From Octopus bimaculoides (taxonomy: Eukaryota): a stretch of DNA of 64,000 nt. Shown in pieces: positions 1 through 12,673 of the stretch. The first letter of the stretch is position 1; each line of letters begins with the position of its first letter. Below the pieces are notes generated by a model. That model was not told the DNA's origin. It did no database searches and was given only the letters and a program-made list of their open reading frames with translations. Location of the stretch: NCBI RefSeq assembly GCF_001194135.2, contig NC_068986.1, positions 68,625,228 through 68,689,227 of the forward strand, written 5' to 3'. The position numbers were made by a program, and so were the translations under genes.

Positions 1-2294
1 GACCACACAGAGACTCTTATAGATGGCTAATCTTTTCCAATAGTAAATAGTTTTAGTAGCATGCCAACTGATCAGTTACTAACATAATCAACCAATGTCT
101 TTAATTATCATGTCTTTAGGAAATGGTTTGTTTCTAAATGCGGATAGAACAAAGAAGTATAAATCAAGTGTATGGCAAGGAAGAAATAGTAAAGGCATTA
201 AGGATTACAATATAGATCATTCTTGGCAAAATTTGTACATGCCCATTGTACAGGTAGAGTTTACAATATGCCTTAAAGTTATGATAGTACCAGAGAGGAA
301 AATAGTTTTCAAAATTTCAGTCTGGTTATAGTAAATATTTATATCATGAGAGTTCTATAAAAAAACAAGAAGACGGCAGGAAAGTTAATACTCCAAATTT
401 GAATAATTGCTAACCAAAATACCTAATAGATAATATCATTACAACAGACGTTGAGGATAAAAGAGGAAGGTGAGAAGTAAATGTATGGTGTATACTCTTA
501 CTCATGTTTCTATTACTAAACAACAGATGGCAGATAACTTGGTAGTAACATTACCAGCAACTTACTATAAGATGAAGGTTTAGTAACAGATTTATTCAAT
601 AATAGACTAAACAGAACTGGAAAATGATGAAGAGGGTGAAAACAGGTAAAACAAGTAATTAAAGGTAACCTGATTAGATTAAATGACTTTAGGTATTTAG
701 TAGTCTCTACATCTGGTGCTTAATTCCCAGTGAAATTAACTTTGCAGTTCAACCTTCTGAAGTCAATAAAATGTGTATTGCATGTGTACTGAGATTGAGT
801 TCATTGACTACACACTTCTACAGCATGTTTTTCTTTTCTTTTCTTTCTTCCTAAATTACTTACCCAGAAGAAAAGCAGTGTTGAAGATCTTTTTGGGGGG
901 GCTCCATGAGTTTATACTGGCCAGTTCCTGTCAAACTGTCCAATCCATGCCAGCATGGAAGGCGAAGGTTAAATGATGATGAATTTAAGCTTTATCAAAA
1001 GGTGGGTTTATTGTCTGCATCTTTTCAAAAGGCCTAAATTGTATCCACAACAATGGCACTTAATTCACAAAAACATATGTCCCTTAAATCTAAATCTAAG
1101 TACTATAAGATTCTGAGAAAATATAACTCATTTTGGAATACTGAACAATTAATTCCCAGCCAAGGTGAGTCTATATTTATGACGGGATTGATAAGACTGA
1201 AATGCCAGCTATTTAAATGGAAGAAGATATAGAATAAAGGTGAACAGTAAAGTAAAATTAGGAAAAGAGCCAGGTCTTCAGTTATTTTGGCAGAATATTC
1301 ATGTTGGTTCAAGCTAACAAACAGAAAAACCTATTCAAAGACAAAATAATCATATTGATCACAGTCAATAAACACATGAAATTTCTTTTTAATTGTGAGA
1401 ATGATGAAATATGATGCAAATAATTTGAGCTGAAATGGAGTCAAATAATATTTAGAGAAACAAGACCAGTATTACTTTCAGGAAATTTAAATTTAATAAG
1501 ATGAAGGCAGTAAAATACCTAGTAGAAAAATGTACTGCCTTGGGGCACAAAGACATTGTCAGCTATTGTTTAAACCATTTTTTGAGTCAGAAATGGGTGA
1601 AGTTTTGCAAATTTGTTTAACTTCTGAGATATTTTCAGAAGTTGAACAAGGTGTTTCCTGTTGTTAACCATTCATTTGGAAAGCAGTAGTAGAACCTACT
1701 ATCAGTCATGTACTCTGAAGAAAAGAGTTATATGTCTAGCTCAGAGACACAACATAATCCTTTTAATAGTATTTCACCATTATAGTCGGTAGATCAGAAA
1801 ATTAATTCTTCAGCCATTAGACCTCTAAAAAGTTTCTTTTAAATCCTATGAAAACATAAGATTTGATATATTAACTATGAAATGTTTACACACACACATA
1901 CACACACACTATGATGAGTGAACAAATTTTTCCTTAAAGAAAGCAAATGTAAGAGAGTAAGAAACTCTTTGGAACTATGTACACAAATGTTTCTGAATAT
2001 ATAAAGAATACAAAATACCAATATTGCTATCTTTCCCTTCTAATATCTGAAGTATAATATATATTAATATTTATAGCACAAAAATTCCTTTGCAGAATAA
2101 TACCAAATTCCAACAGATAGATGACATTCCAATAGTTATATTTTTGGTTAAATAGACCAAGTTCAGATCAAGTATTTTGAATTAATTTTAACCTTAAAAT
2201 TAACTAGGTAAGCCAGTGGTTAACATATTTAATGCATGAAGTTCACAAAAACAGACCAGAAATAGATATGCAGAGAAGATATATATATAAGTGA

Positions 2295-2745
2295 AGGCCT
2301 GGCTGTGTGGTAAGTAGGTTGCTTACAAACCACATGGTTCCGGGTTCAGTCTCACTGCGTGGCATCTTGGACAAGTGTCATCTACTGTAGTCTTGGGCCA
2401 ATCAAAGCCTTGTGAGTGGATTTGGTAGACGGAAACTGAAAGAAGCCCATTCTGCAAATACACACACAAACATATATATTCTTTTATACGTTTCAGTCCA
2501 ATGACTGTGGCCATGCTGGAGCACCGTGTGTGCGCATGTGTGTCTGTCTGTCTTTGTCACCCCATCATCGGTTGACAACTGGTGTTGGTGTGTTTATGTC
2601 CCTGTAACTTAGTGATTCTCAAAAGTGACTGATAGAATAAGTACTACGCTTACAAAGAAAAAGTCCTGGGGTTAATTCCTTCAACTAAAACCCTTTAAGG
2701 CAGTGGTCCAGCATGGCTGCAGTCAAATGACTGAAACAAATAAAA
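2295..2745 (+). mobile_element. CORE-type tRNA-derived SINE (OR2-like), with a short inverted tail fragment inside its microsatellite
   Basis: A-box-like GGCTGTGTGGTAAG, B-box-like GGGTTCAGTC, CORE-like GTGGCATCTTGGACAAGTGTC, central (CA/TA)n and tail CCAGCATGGCTGCAGTCAAATGACTGAAAC. The same sequence recurs many times in the window. Confidence 0.85.
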
Positions 2746-2814
2746 TAATATATGTATATTATTCGGAAATGGCTACTATGGTTTTCGTTTTCCCCTGTCA
2801 AACAGAAGAGACAA

Positions 2815-3030
2815 TGGTTTCCAATTTTGGCACAAGGCCAACAGTTTTAGAAGAAGGGAATAGTCAATGATACTGACCCTGTATTCATCTGATATTTATT
2901 TTATGGATCCCATAAAGATGAAAGGCAAAGTTGACCTTGGTGAAATTGGAACTCAGAATGTAATGAATTGGAAGAAATGCCTTTAAGCATTTGGTTCAGC
3001 ATACTAATGGTTCTGCCAACTCACTACCTA
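2815..3030 (-). mobile_element. tRNA-derived SINE, family with the GAGGTCGACTTTGCCTTTCATCC block, diverged
   Basis: GATGAAAGGCAAAGTTGACCTTGGTGAAATTGGAACTCAGAA is the reverse complement of the block seen at 53740-53775. Confidence 0.75.
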
Positions 3031-3769
3031 AAGTTTAACTTTAAATAATGATGGTCATACTTTGCTTTTTATGTCAGAATAATACCAAAACATGTCTGGG
3101 ATTGTCTCTCATTCTAGTTGGAAAATTGAAAATAACATCAGACACTGACTTGTGTTTATTTCACAACATAAAAACATCTAGTAAAGATTTCCATATTGCC
3201 TGTGTTAAGTAGGATAACAATTGTTTGTCATACATATGACAACTTTTAATTATTTAAATTATAAACAATTCTATTTTCTTTTGCCAACAAATATCTTAGT
3301 GATTCTTTCATCACTACTTTGCAAGTACAGTGAAGGTTATTATGGCTTTCATATCAACTCAAAATTAGACCAAAACTGGTTTATTATTGTCAGAAAAATG
3401 AAAAGAATATTAGTCATCAACTAATACTTTTTTTTAGCCTTTTGTTTTTTAAATGTCCCCCCACCACCACCACCACCTTTCCCCATAGCATATTCATTTG
3501 AAATAAACCTTTTGATGCTTCCTACATTAATACATTAACACTGACTTATTGTTTTCCATGTGGATGGCGTTTCTGAATTAACCAATTTATTAGATTAAAA
3601 AATTTGTACAAAACAAATGGGACAACTGAAGAACATATAATTGAATTAACATTAAGTGGCTGAGTTTTCCATAGACATGTATTCTTAATATAATCCTCAG
3701 ACAGGGTCAGTGAGACATGACTGAACCTCTCATTTAAAAGTGCAATTAATCTGGGGGTAGGGACTTCCA

Positions 3770-4535
3770 CACAGTTTCCATCAAGTCAGCTTTACTCAAA
3801 GGCTTGATTGATCTAAGACTAAAAGCACAGATACTTGCCCAAGATACCATGCAGTGGAAACGAACCAAGAACTTTGTAATCGTGAAGCAAGTTTCTTAAC
3901 CATCCAGTCGTACATCTACAAAAACTTATATGTTTGGAAAAATATAATGTAGACTAAAAAAAATACTAGCAACAATGAGGTGCAATTGTGTCTATGAGGT
4001 TCAGAAGTTTGCTTCCTAACCATATAGTCTTGGGTTCAGTCCTGCTGCATGGCACCTATGGCAAGTGTCTTCTACTATTGCTCCAGGTCAACCGAAACTG
4101 AAAGAAACTTATCATATAGGCACGGGAGTGGCTGTGTGGTAAGTAGCTTGCTTACCAACCACATGGTTCTGGGTTCAGTCCCACTGCATGGCACCTTGGG
4201 CAAGTATCTTCTACTATAGCCTCGGGCCGACCAAAGCCTTGTGAGTGGATTTGGTAGACGGAAACTGAAAGAAGCCCGTCGTATATATGTATATATATAT
4301 ATGTGTGTGTATATGTTTGTGTGTCTGTGTTTGTCCCCCCAACATCGCTTGACAACCAATGCAGGTGTGTTTATGTCCCTGTAACTTAGCGGTTCAGCAA
4401 AAGAGACCGATAGAATAAGTACTAGGCTTCCAAAGAATAAGTCCTGGGGTCGATTTGCTCGACTAAAGGCGGTGCTCCAGCATGGCTGCAGTCAAATGAC
4501 TGAAACAAGTAAAAGAGTAATATGCATACATATAT

Positions 4536-4577
<42 letters not shown>

Positions 4578-4830
4578 ATACATACATATGTATGTATTAT
4601 GTATCTATATATATGTGTCTTTGTATCTGTCCTCCAGCATCACTTGACAATCAGTGTTGGTTTGTTTATGTCCCTGTAACTCAGCAGTTCTGCAACAGAG
4701 ACTGCCAGAATAAGTACCAGGTTTTAAAAAGAAAGTACTGAGGTCTATTTGTTTGACAAAACTCTTCAAGGTGATGCACTGGTATGGTTGCAGTCCAATG
4801 ACTGAAACAAGAAGAAGACAAAAGATAAAT
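3770..4830. mobile_element. Cluster of CORE-type SINE copies: minus-strand head ~3770-3912, plus partial ~3985-4105, near-full plus copy 4119-4520, extra tail ~4610-4825
   Basis: Repeated matches to the same SINE consensus. The 4119-4520 copy is intact from GGAGTGGCTGTGTGGTAAG to ACAAGTAAAAGAG. Confidence 0.85.
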
Positions 4831-5109
4831 TAATTATTGAAAATATATAACATCATATGCAGCAGAGGTACCATGATTTGATATTATCTTCTCTTCAACA
4901 CTGGGTTTCATCCTGGGTTTATCTGTATCAACAGTGGGTTCTTTAGATTTATTTCTGTCAGTTTTAGATATCTCAAGTTTAGTAAAAGTTTCCTGCCTTT
5001 ATTATCAGTCTAGGTATTGAACTCAATCATAGAGAAGTTATTCACTGCACTGCAACTGCTGCTGCTATTATTATTATTATTATCATTATCATTATTATTA
5101 TTATTATGA

Positions 5110-5585
5110 AGGCAGAAAGCTGGCAGAATTGTTAGCAAGCTGGATAAAATGCTTAGTGGTATTTCACCCATCACTGTTCAGAGTTCAAATTCTGCTTGAG
5201 GTCAACTTTGCCTTTCATCCTTTTGGGGGTCAATATAATAAGTACCAGTTAAACACTGGGGTTGATGTAATCAACTCATCCCCTCCCACCAAAATTGCTG
5301 TCCTTGTGGCAAAATTTGAAATTATTATTATTATTATCAAGGCAGCAAGCTGGCTGAATCGTTAGCACGTTGGATGAAATGCTTAGTGGTGTTTTGCCAG
5401 TCACTACATTCTGAGTTCAAATTCCGCCGAGGTTGACTTTGCCTTTTATCTTTTCAGGGTCGATGAAATAAGTACCAGTTGAGCACTGGGGTTGATGTAA
5501 TCAACTAGCCCCCTCCCTCCTCCAAAATTTCAGGCCTTGTGCCTTTAGGAGAAAGGATTATTATTATTATTATCATTATTATTTT
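5110..5585 (+). mobile_element. Two tandem tRNA-derived SINEs separated by (TTA)n
   Basis: Two head-to-tail copies of AAGGC..AGCTGGC.GAAT.GTTAGCA...GTTCAAATTC...GAGGT.(G/A)ACTTTGCCTTT.ATC, each flanked by TTA repeats. Confidence 0.85.
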
Positions 5586-6357
5586 AACTTCACAGAGCTC
5601 TTGATTTTAATTGCTCCAATTAATTCTGTGAAAGCGTGGGCAGTAACCTGTTGTAAAAAGACTCACAGGGTCTCTTTCCATGATACTTAACAGCCAAGTA
5701 CATTACTACTACTACTAATACTAGTAGTAGTAATTATCATTATTATTGTGGTCCTTGGCAAGAGTGGCAGATTGCAAAATTTTAAAGCATCAAACAATAA
5801 ACCTATTCACATACCTAATTGATACCAAGCTTGCTATATATATTAGTGGGGTTCCACTTTATAATTTGATGTTTTTTACAAATTTCAACATCAGCATACT
5901 GATGAGGCAATCACTGTTTTAACAGACACCCTGATTAGTACTAACCTTTCAAGTGTGAAGTAAGATAAAAGTGGAGTCTGTTGATAGTCAAACATACTAT
6001 ACTAAGGTCACAAGATTACCAAGGGAAATTATACAGGACACATGCTGGATAGGGACACACATACACATGTATATGCAAGCACATTTAGGGTAGAGATTAT
6101 CTAAGTACAAATCAGTAGCCTAAGAGATAACTAGCTGAGAGATTGACAATTTATATCAGAGCCAAATGTGTTTATTCTCAGTTTATCCAGCTGTAGATAA
6201 GTACAATAGAATGATGGAAGTCAGTCCCTGTAAGCAGAAGTGGTATAGTAAAATCAATGATTAACTTGTAAGGCTTGTAGCACTTCAGTTCTTTCTGCAG
6301 AAACATGAGTTACTATCCTAACCTGAGAAAAAGTTTGTTTCTTGTTTGTTTAATCTT

Positions 6358-6991
6358 TTACCCTTGAATGACAGGAAAGGGTTGCATGAATATGTATCAA
6401 ATGGGGGGGGGGGGGAACAACTCTTTTCTCGAGAGTAATTTTTATACTTGTTATCAGTTTAAATAAGTACAAAGACAATAATAATTGTTAATTTCTTGCA
6501 CAATAACATTTACAATCTCATTATTGCAAAGTACAGTAAAATATTTGCTTCTCTTTGTAACAGGTGTGAGAATAAATTCATTTGAAATTCCTGCATTGTT
6601 GTTGTCAGACATGTACAAATGATGAGAAATCAGTGCACTTTTTCCATCTAGAGCTAGTTAAAGCATCGTGTTGTTCTATTCTAACTGGATCATCATCAAA
6701 ATCATCATCATCATCATCATCTACCTCATCTAATAATGAAGGGAAATCAGAAAAAGAAACTTCTTCATTATCACTGGATAAACCTTCAATTTGTGACTTG
6801 ATTGATAAGGGTCACATATGTTTAGGTGCATTTGGTGAAGTGGATGTTCAGGCATCAATTGATGATAGCCTTATCCATGCAAAATTTTTGAAACATCAAT
6901 TGATGTCTGCTGTTCTCAAATGAAACATCAATTGATGTCTGCTGTTCTCAAATGAAACATCAATTGATAATGTTCTCCATTTAAGGATTAA
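6358..6991 (-). mobile_element. Possible internally deleted piggyBac-like relic with an acidic N-terminal ORF remnant
   Basis: The minus strand reads PLSIKSQIEGLSSDNEEVSFSDFPSLLDEVDDDDDDDFDDDPVRIEQHDALTSSRWKK, bounded by stops. The ends TTTA-CCCTTGAATG (6357) and CATTTAAGGA-TTAA (6978-6991) are imperfect inverted repeats with TTAA-like flanks. Confidence 0.35.
6889..6977. repeat. 32-bp tandem repeat (2 full + 1 partial) containing the palindrome ACATCAATTGATGT
   Basis: TGAAACATCAATTGATGTCTGCTGTTCTCAAA starts at 6889 and 6921, with a partial copy at 6953. A fourth CATCAATTGATG lies at 6853-6864. Confidence 0.95.
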
Positions 6992-7015
6992 AAACCAAAA
7001 TTAAGTAGTAGCCCA

Positions 7016-7240
7016 TTAGCCTTTTAGCATCTAAAATCAGCCATATCTGGCCCAAATATTCTATTTGGTTTATGTTTGAACCAACTAGATCCGGCTTCAC
7101 ACACTTACCCTACAGTGTCATTCTAAAAATAAACAGTCAATTCACTGAAATCTCAAAACTATGAGATAATGCAAGATTAATTCAAAACTGTGTGAATAAA
7201 TAAGCATTACATTTGATAGCGTAACCTGAATACTAAATCT
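7016..7240 (+). mobile_element. piggyBac-type MITE, degenerate
   Basis: Starts TTAGCCTTTTAGCAT and ends AAGCATTACATTTGATAGCGTAACCTGAATACTAAA. This end is the reverse complement of the TTAACCCTTTAGCATTCAGATTACTCTGTCAAATGTAATGCTTA end at 49642. Confidence 0.7.
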
Positions 7241-7269
7241 GAAGATACAAATTTATGGCAGGACATATA

Positions 7270-7430
7270 CTCTTTTACTCTTTACTCTTTTACTTGTTTC
7301 AGTCATTTGACTGCGGCCATGCTGGAGCACCGCCTATAGTCAAGCAAATCAACCCCAGGACTTATTCTTCGGAAGCCTAGTACTTATTCTATCGGTCTCT
7401 TTTGCCGAACCGTTAAGTGATGGGGACATG
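7270..7430 (-). mobile_element. CORE-type SINE 3' fragment
   Basis: TTACTTGTTTCAGTCATTTGACTGCGGCCATGCTGGAGCACCGCC is the reverse complement of the SINE tail. Confidence 0.85.
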
Positions 7431-8157
7431 AGATAACATTTACAAATTGTGCTTTGTTGGGTATCTTCCCTATTTCTAATAACTCAATCATGAAGTTGGA
7501 ATGAAGCCTGTTATCAGCGAGAAAGAAGGAAACAGATTTGATTACCATATCCGAAGGTACCACGCAGTAAATAGTGTAATAAGATTTGAACAACTGACCC
7601 TGTGGACAATACGCCAACCCCTTAGCCTCATAATCATTGTGATTCATCCTAATGATAATCTACAGGTAACTTCGGACATTGATGATGACTAATAAAATCT
7701 GCAAGAAGGTAGTTGAATATATAAGGTCTAGCATAGGATAAACAAGTTGGCATCAGAAAAGAGTAATTTAGATAACTGGCTAACTCATTTTGTATCTATT
7801 TAAGGAACAAATAAACTTCAGTTATAAACACACACACAGTTTGGCATTTTAATGGATGCATCTGAATGGCATATATTTAGATTATGCATCCACGTGATTT
7901 ATCTTTGAAATATTTAAACTGAAGTAATTATAGTTTGAAATAAAACAGCCCATTGAAACTCACTCAGATATGGTGAAGTGATGGTACAAATACCTATTAT
8001 TCAGATTCAGAAGTAAACTGACATTTTCATAAAAACAACTTGGAGCAGTTACTTCACAGTTTAAACTAACGCAATTCCTAAATTGAAGAGATCGTCTACA
8101 CAGTGCATTTAACAGCTTGAAATTTACTTATGACTACAAAGAAATTTTCAAGAAATT

Positions 8158-8305
8158 CATCATCATCATCATTTAACGTCCATTTTCCATGCTGGTATGG
8201 GTTGGATGGCTTGACAGGATATGGAAAGCTGCAGGCTTATGTTCAGCTCCAATGACAACTTTGGCATGTTTTCTATGGCTGGCTGCCTTCATAACACTAA
8301 ACACT
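8158..8305 (-). mobile_element. RTE LINE 3' tail fragment, diverged
   Basis: (CAT)n-TTAACGTCCATTTTCCATGCTGGTATGGGTTGGATGG matches the tail at 11371. Confidence 0.75.
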
Positions 8306-11300
8306 TTACAATGTATAGTGAGGCTATCAAGTAGCTTGCAATACAGAAGACAAGAACAGGGAAAAAAGAGAAAGCTCCCACAACTAGGAAACAGGGACTA
8401 TTCAATGGGGAAGAAGTGGCTTTATGCCAAAGCTAAGTGTTGGAGGTGGAGAAACTAGCAAAGAAGTATTTTAAAAGTTTTATGAAACTTATGGATATGA
8501 TGAAATTATTTAGTTCCAAACCTCAGAGTGTTTGTCTCCCCACAACATACAAACTTATTCAGATTTTGAAAGCTTACTAAATGATTTTTACCAATGGAAA
8601 TTAGAACTCATTAACTCAGCTAGTTTTTATTTTACTATTTAAATGAAATAGTTTACCAATGGCAGAAAATTGACAGTAGAAGCACAACCAACTAAATACC
8701 TTACCATGTCTAGTTTCATTTTTCTATGTCAATGTTCTAAATTAAAATTCTACTGGAGCAGACTATACTTTCTATCCTTCCAGCATCACAAAATGAATGA
8801 CCAAGATTATACTGATATTAGCTGAGTTGACTATGGCAGAACCGTTACAGTATTGGACAAAATGCTGGCAGTATATAGTTACAGCCCTTTACATTGTGAG
8901 TTCAAATTCTGTTGAGGTCAACATTGATTTTCAACCTTGCAAGATCAATAGAATGAAGAGCCATGTGCCTCAGGTATATGATAGAAAAGAAAGTTTGTAA
9001 AATGTTTTTAACAACTTCTTTCTTATTTGCAAACTTGTGTAGTGATACTGGGAACACAAAAGGGAATTTAGATGTGAAACTGCTAATAATTATATATTAC
9101 ACTTGTCTGATCCTGAAAACTCTTTCAGATTTTCTAAGAAATAATTGTTTAACACCAATCAGAGTAAAAGGTATTGATTTGTAGAGGCAGGATTAATGTG
9201 GTTTGGCTTTGCAGAGTGCCAGGGGAAGAGCAGAGAGGAAAGAACACATTGGTATGAGAAAGCAACAATGACAGAAATACAGAAAAAACACTTTGATAAT
9301 GAAGGTTAAGAAGATAGATGAATAGTAGATTAAGTTAAAGGTGGAGAAGTGATGTTATTTAGCCCCAGGTCAGCTCTGATCACAAAAATCTATAAACAAA
9401 AGAGGTTTCAGCCATGACCATCCCACCTAACCAGAACAACAGGATATGATTTGAGAGAATTTAACTGCTAATTTTAATAGGCAGTCTCCTCAGTAGGGTT
9501 GTGAGAGTGATGTTTTATGGTGAGGTGGATAGGGGTGTATAGAGGAGGTATGAAAGAAGAGAGGGTAGGAAATTAAGAAAGGAGTAGGTGTAGGGATGAA
9601 GAAAATAATGAACAATGTATACAAGAAGCAGGAGAGTAACAGAAAAAGTGAAGGGTAAGTTGAGAAAAGAAAGAGAGAAATGGTGTTAAGATAGAGAAGT
9701 AAAGAATAAAAGAGGAAAGATAAGAGCATAAAAAAGATAGTGGGAGGAGAATTAAAAGAAAACTATAGGTATAGAGCAGAAGAGGAAACGACTAGCAAAA
9801 AAAAGGAAGTGAATATGGGAAATAAAAGCAAAGATGGAGAATTAAGGTGTCATAAAATTACAAAATGCTTAAATCAGAAACTGAAATGATAGGAATCTAC
9901 AGCAACGGACATATAGAAGTTCTATCAGTAGGTAAATGGTTGATAAAGAGGCAATTTCTAGACTGTGCTATAAATTAAATGAAATTTTGTAAGAAGTTAG
10001 TCATGCAATATGTCTATGGAGAAACTTAAACTGAGAAAGAAAAGAAAGAGAAAAATATTTATAGAAAACATTTCCCTGAAGATTAAATCTTGTGCATAGA
10101 AACAACACTTTCATACTTTATTCAGCAAATTGCTGCAGTGTTTTATCAACTGATATAGATTTATTATATTAGTATTGAAACTGAGTACAATTAAACAAAG
10201 TAAGTTTTCAGAAAGGCAAAACCACAGCATAGTTTCAAACTTCCACTGAATTTATTTCAAATATGTTGCTAATACTCTTGGGACAGGCAGAAACAACAAA
10301 ATTTACATTTTCAACCTTTTGAAATATAAAGTCACATCAATGACAGAGACTTCTATGTAGTTGCTTCATTAACAAAATGAAATGAGACATCTAATAACGC
10401 AAATATGACCGCATCTGAATAATTGATCTATGCAGGGTTTTGAAAATAACGCCTAATATTTACTTCTTTTAACAGGTAAGAGTATCTGCTAGATTGGATA
10501 ATGGGTTATATCCACTTTTCCATGCTTACAGCATCTTGTGAGTATCAGCTGATGCACTCAGCAACAAAGCAAACCAGACAATTTTGTAGGTCTTATAGTG
10601 GATGGATTTTAACATGCCAAAGTAGTTGTTTGTGGGTAGACTAAAGAATTCTCTCTATCCCTTACCATTTATCAGTTCTTATTCAGAATTAGTGCTTGCA
10701 AATGAGTAGCCTGCAAAGTAGCTTCAAGAACCCGTATTTCCTTTGTACATTCCAGTTTTTTGGCATGAAAGGTATCCGACTGGATACCTTTCCTATAACC
10801 AGCCATTTTACAGCAAAGCCTGGGTGGGTTACCATGCCCCCAACATTAGCAAAGTTATCTGTGGTAAAACTAAATTGTCCCTTCTACCCTATATTAATTC
10901 TTATTTTGAGTTACTATTTTCCTAAATAAATAGTCTGCAATGCAGCTAGCAGAACCTCTCAGATGTTCCATTTTCTAGGCATGGACTCTATATTATCAAC
11001 CACTTAGAGGAAGGAAAGGGCACATTTTATCAAATCATTTATAAGAGAAACAAACTGTAATCAAAGAAGACCCCACCACCACTACCACCACCACCACCAC
11101 CACCACCAAAGCTTCAAATATTTAAGGGAAAGGATCTGGAAACTCGTGATATTTTGATTCTGTTTAAAATGTGTGAGTGATATAAGAGAAGTGAAATAAC
11201 TAGAACATAAAATATTAAACCTGATTAATTGATTCCCTTTGATATGTTAATAACAACAAAGAAAGATAAACCACTACCACAAGATTAATATATTCAGAGA

Positions 11301-11370
11301 TTTGCAGCAGCAGTAGTAGTAGTAGCAGCAGCAGAGACAATAGCAGTAATTTTGCATCACTTCTTCCCTA

Positions 11371-12312
11371 TCATCATCATCATCATCATCGTTTAACGTC
11401 CGCTTTCCATGCTAGCATGGGTTGGACGATTTGACTGAGGACTGGTGAAACCGGATGGCAACACCAGGCTCCAATCTAAATTTGGCAGAGTTTCTACAGC
11501 TGGATGCCCTTCCTAATGCCAACCACTCAGAGAGTGTAGTAGGTGCTTTTACGTGTCACCTGCACGAAGGCCAGTCAGGCGATACTGGCAACGGCCACGC
11601 TCGAAATGGTGTCTTTTATGTGCCNNNNNNNNNNNNNNNNNNNNNNNNNNNNNNNNNNNNNNNNNNNNNNNNNNNNNNNNNNNNNNNNNNNNNNNNNNNN
11701 NNNNNNNNNNNNNNNNNNNNNNNNNNNNNNNNNNNNNNNNNNNNNNNNNNNNNNNNNNNNNNNNNNNNNNNNNNNNNNNNNNNNNNNNNNNNNNNNNNNN
11801 NNNNNNNNNNNNNNNNNNNNNNNNNNNNNNNNNNNNNNNNNNNNNNNNNNNNNNNNNNNNNNNNNNNNNNNNNNNNNNNNNNNNNNNNNNNNNNNNNNNN
11901 NNNNNNNNNNNNNNNNNNNNNNNNNNNNNNNNNNNNNNNNNNNNNNNNNNNNNNNNNNNNNNNNNNNNNNNNNNNNNNNNNNNNNNNNNNNNNNNNNNNN
12001 NNNNNNNNNNNNNNCTCAGCCCAGGTCTTCCTGGGCCTACCTCTTCCACGGGTTCCCTCAACTGTTAGGGTGTGGCACTTTTTCACGCAGCTATCCTCAT
12101 CCATTCTCACCACATGTCCATACCAGCGCAATCGTCTCTCTTGCACACCACAACTGATGCGTCTTATGTTCAGCTTTTCTCTCAAGATACTTACACTCTG
12201 ATGGGTATTCACATTGACATTACACATCCAACGGAGCATACTGGCTTCATTCCTTGCGAGCTTACGCATGTCCTCAGCAGTTACAGCCCATGTTTCACTG
12301 CCATGTAGCATG
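11371..12312 (-). mobile_element. 5'-truncated RTE-clade LINE (ORF2 C-terminus, 3'UTR and (GAT)n tail), with an internal assembly gap
   Basis: The minus-strand ORF reads MLHGSETWAVTAEDMRKLARNEASMLRWMC...RRLRWYGHVVRM...EGTRGRGRPRKTW, typical of the RTE ORF2 C-terminus (GSETW, RRLRWxGHV, GRP motifs). Confidence 0.92.
11625..12014. other. Assembly gap (N run)
   Basis: Run of N. Confidence 1.
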
Positions 12313-12635
12313 ATAATATATAGATGGTAGAAGTAATGAAAGCAATAACTTAACATGTCCCCAATCCAGGCTTTCTCGAGAATTAGGGATGTAGTATTCA
12401 CCACTATAGATACCATAATTTTAGCAAAAACAATTTATACAGGAAACCATCTTCTAGGTTACAATGCACGCACACACACACACACACAGTGGTAGAATTG
12501 TGGTCAAATATGCAACAAATGTTTGTGATTGTGTCTCTGTTTATACATACACACATGTATTTATCATGCTTGTCATCTATAACCACAAGGGTATATTGAA
12601 TACTTTTTATGTTTTTGTACCACAAAATAAATATT

Positions 12636-12673
<38 letters not shown>

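Noticed and set aside
5900-5925. Other CTGATGA hits (about 5900, 18195, 50417 and 58900) as hammerheads
   Set aside because: None has a stem II followed by GAAA.
6582-6923. 113-aa Ser-rich plus-strand ORF
   Set aside because: It is the antisense of the Asp-rich (GAT)n stretch, with no recognisable domain.
6889-6977. Tandem repeats as a CRISPR array
   Set aside because: There are no unique spacers, and the context is eukaryotic.
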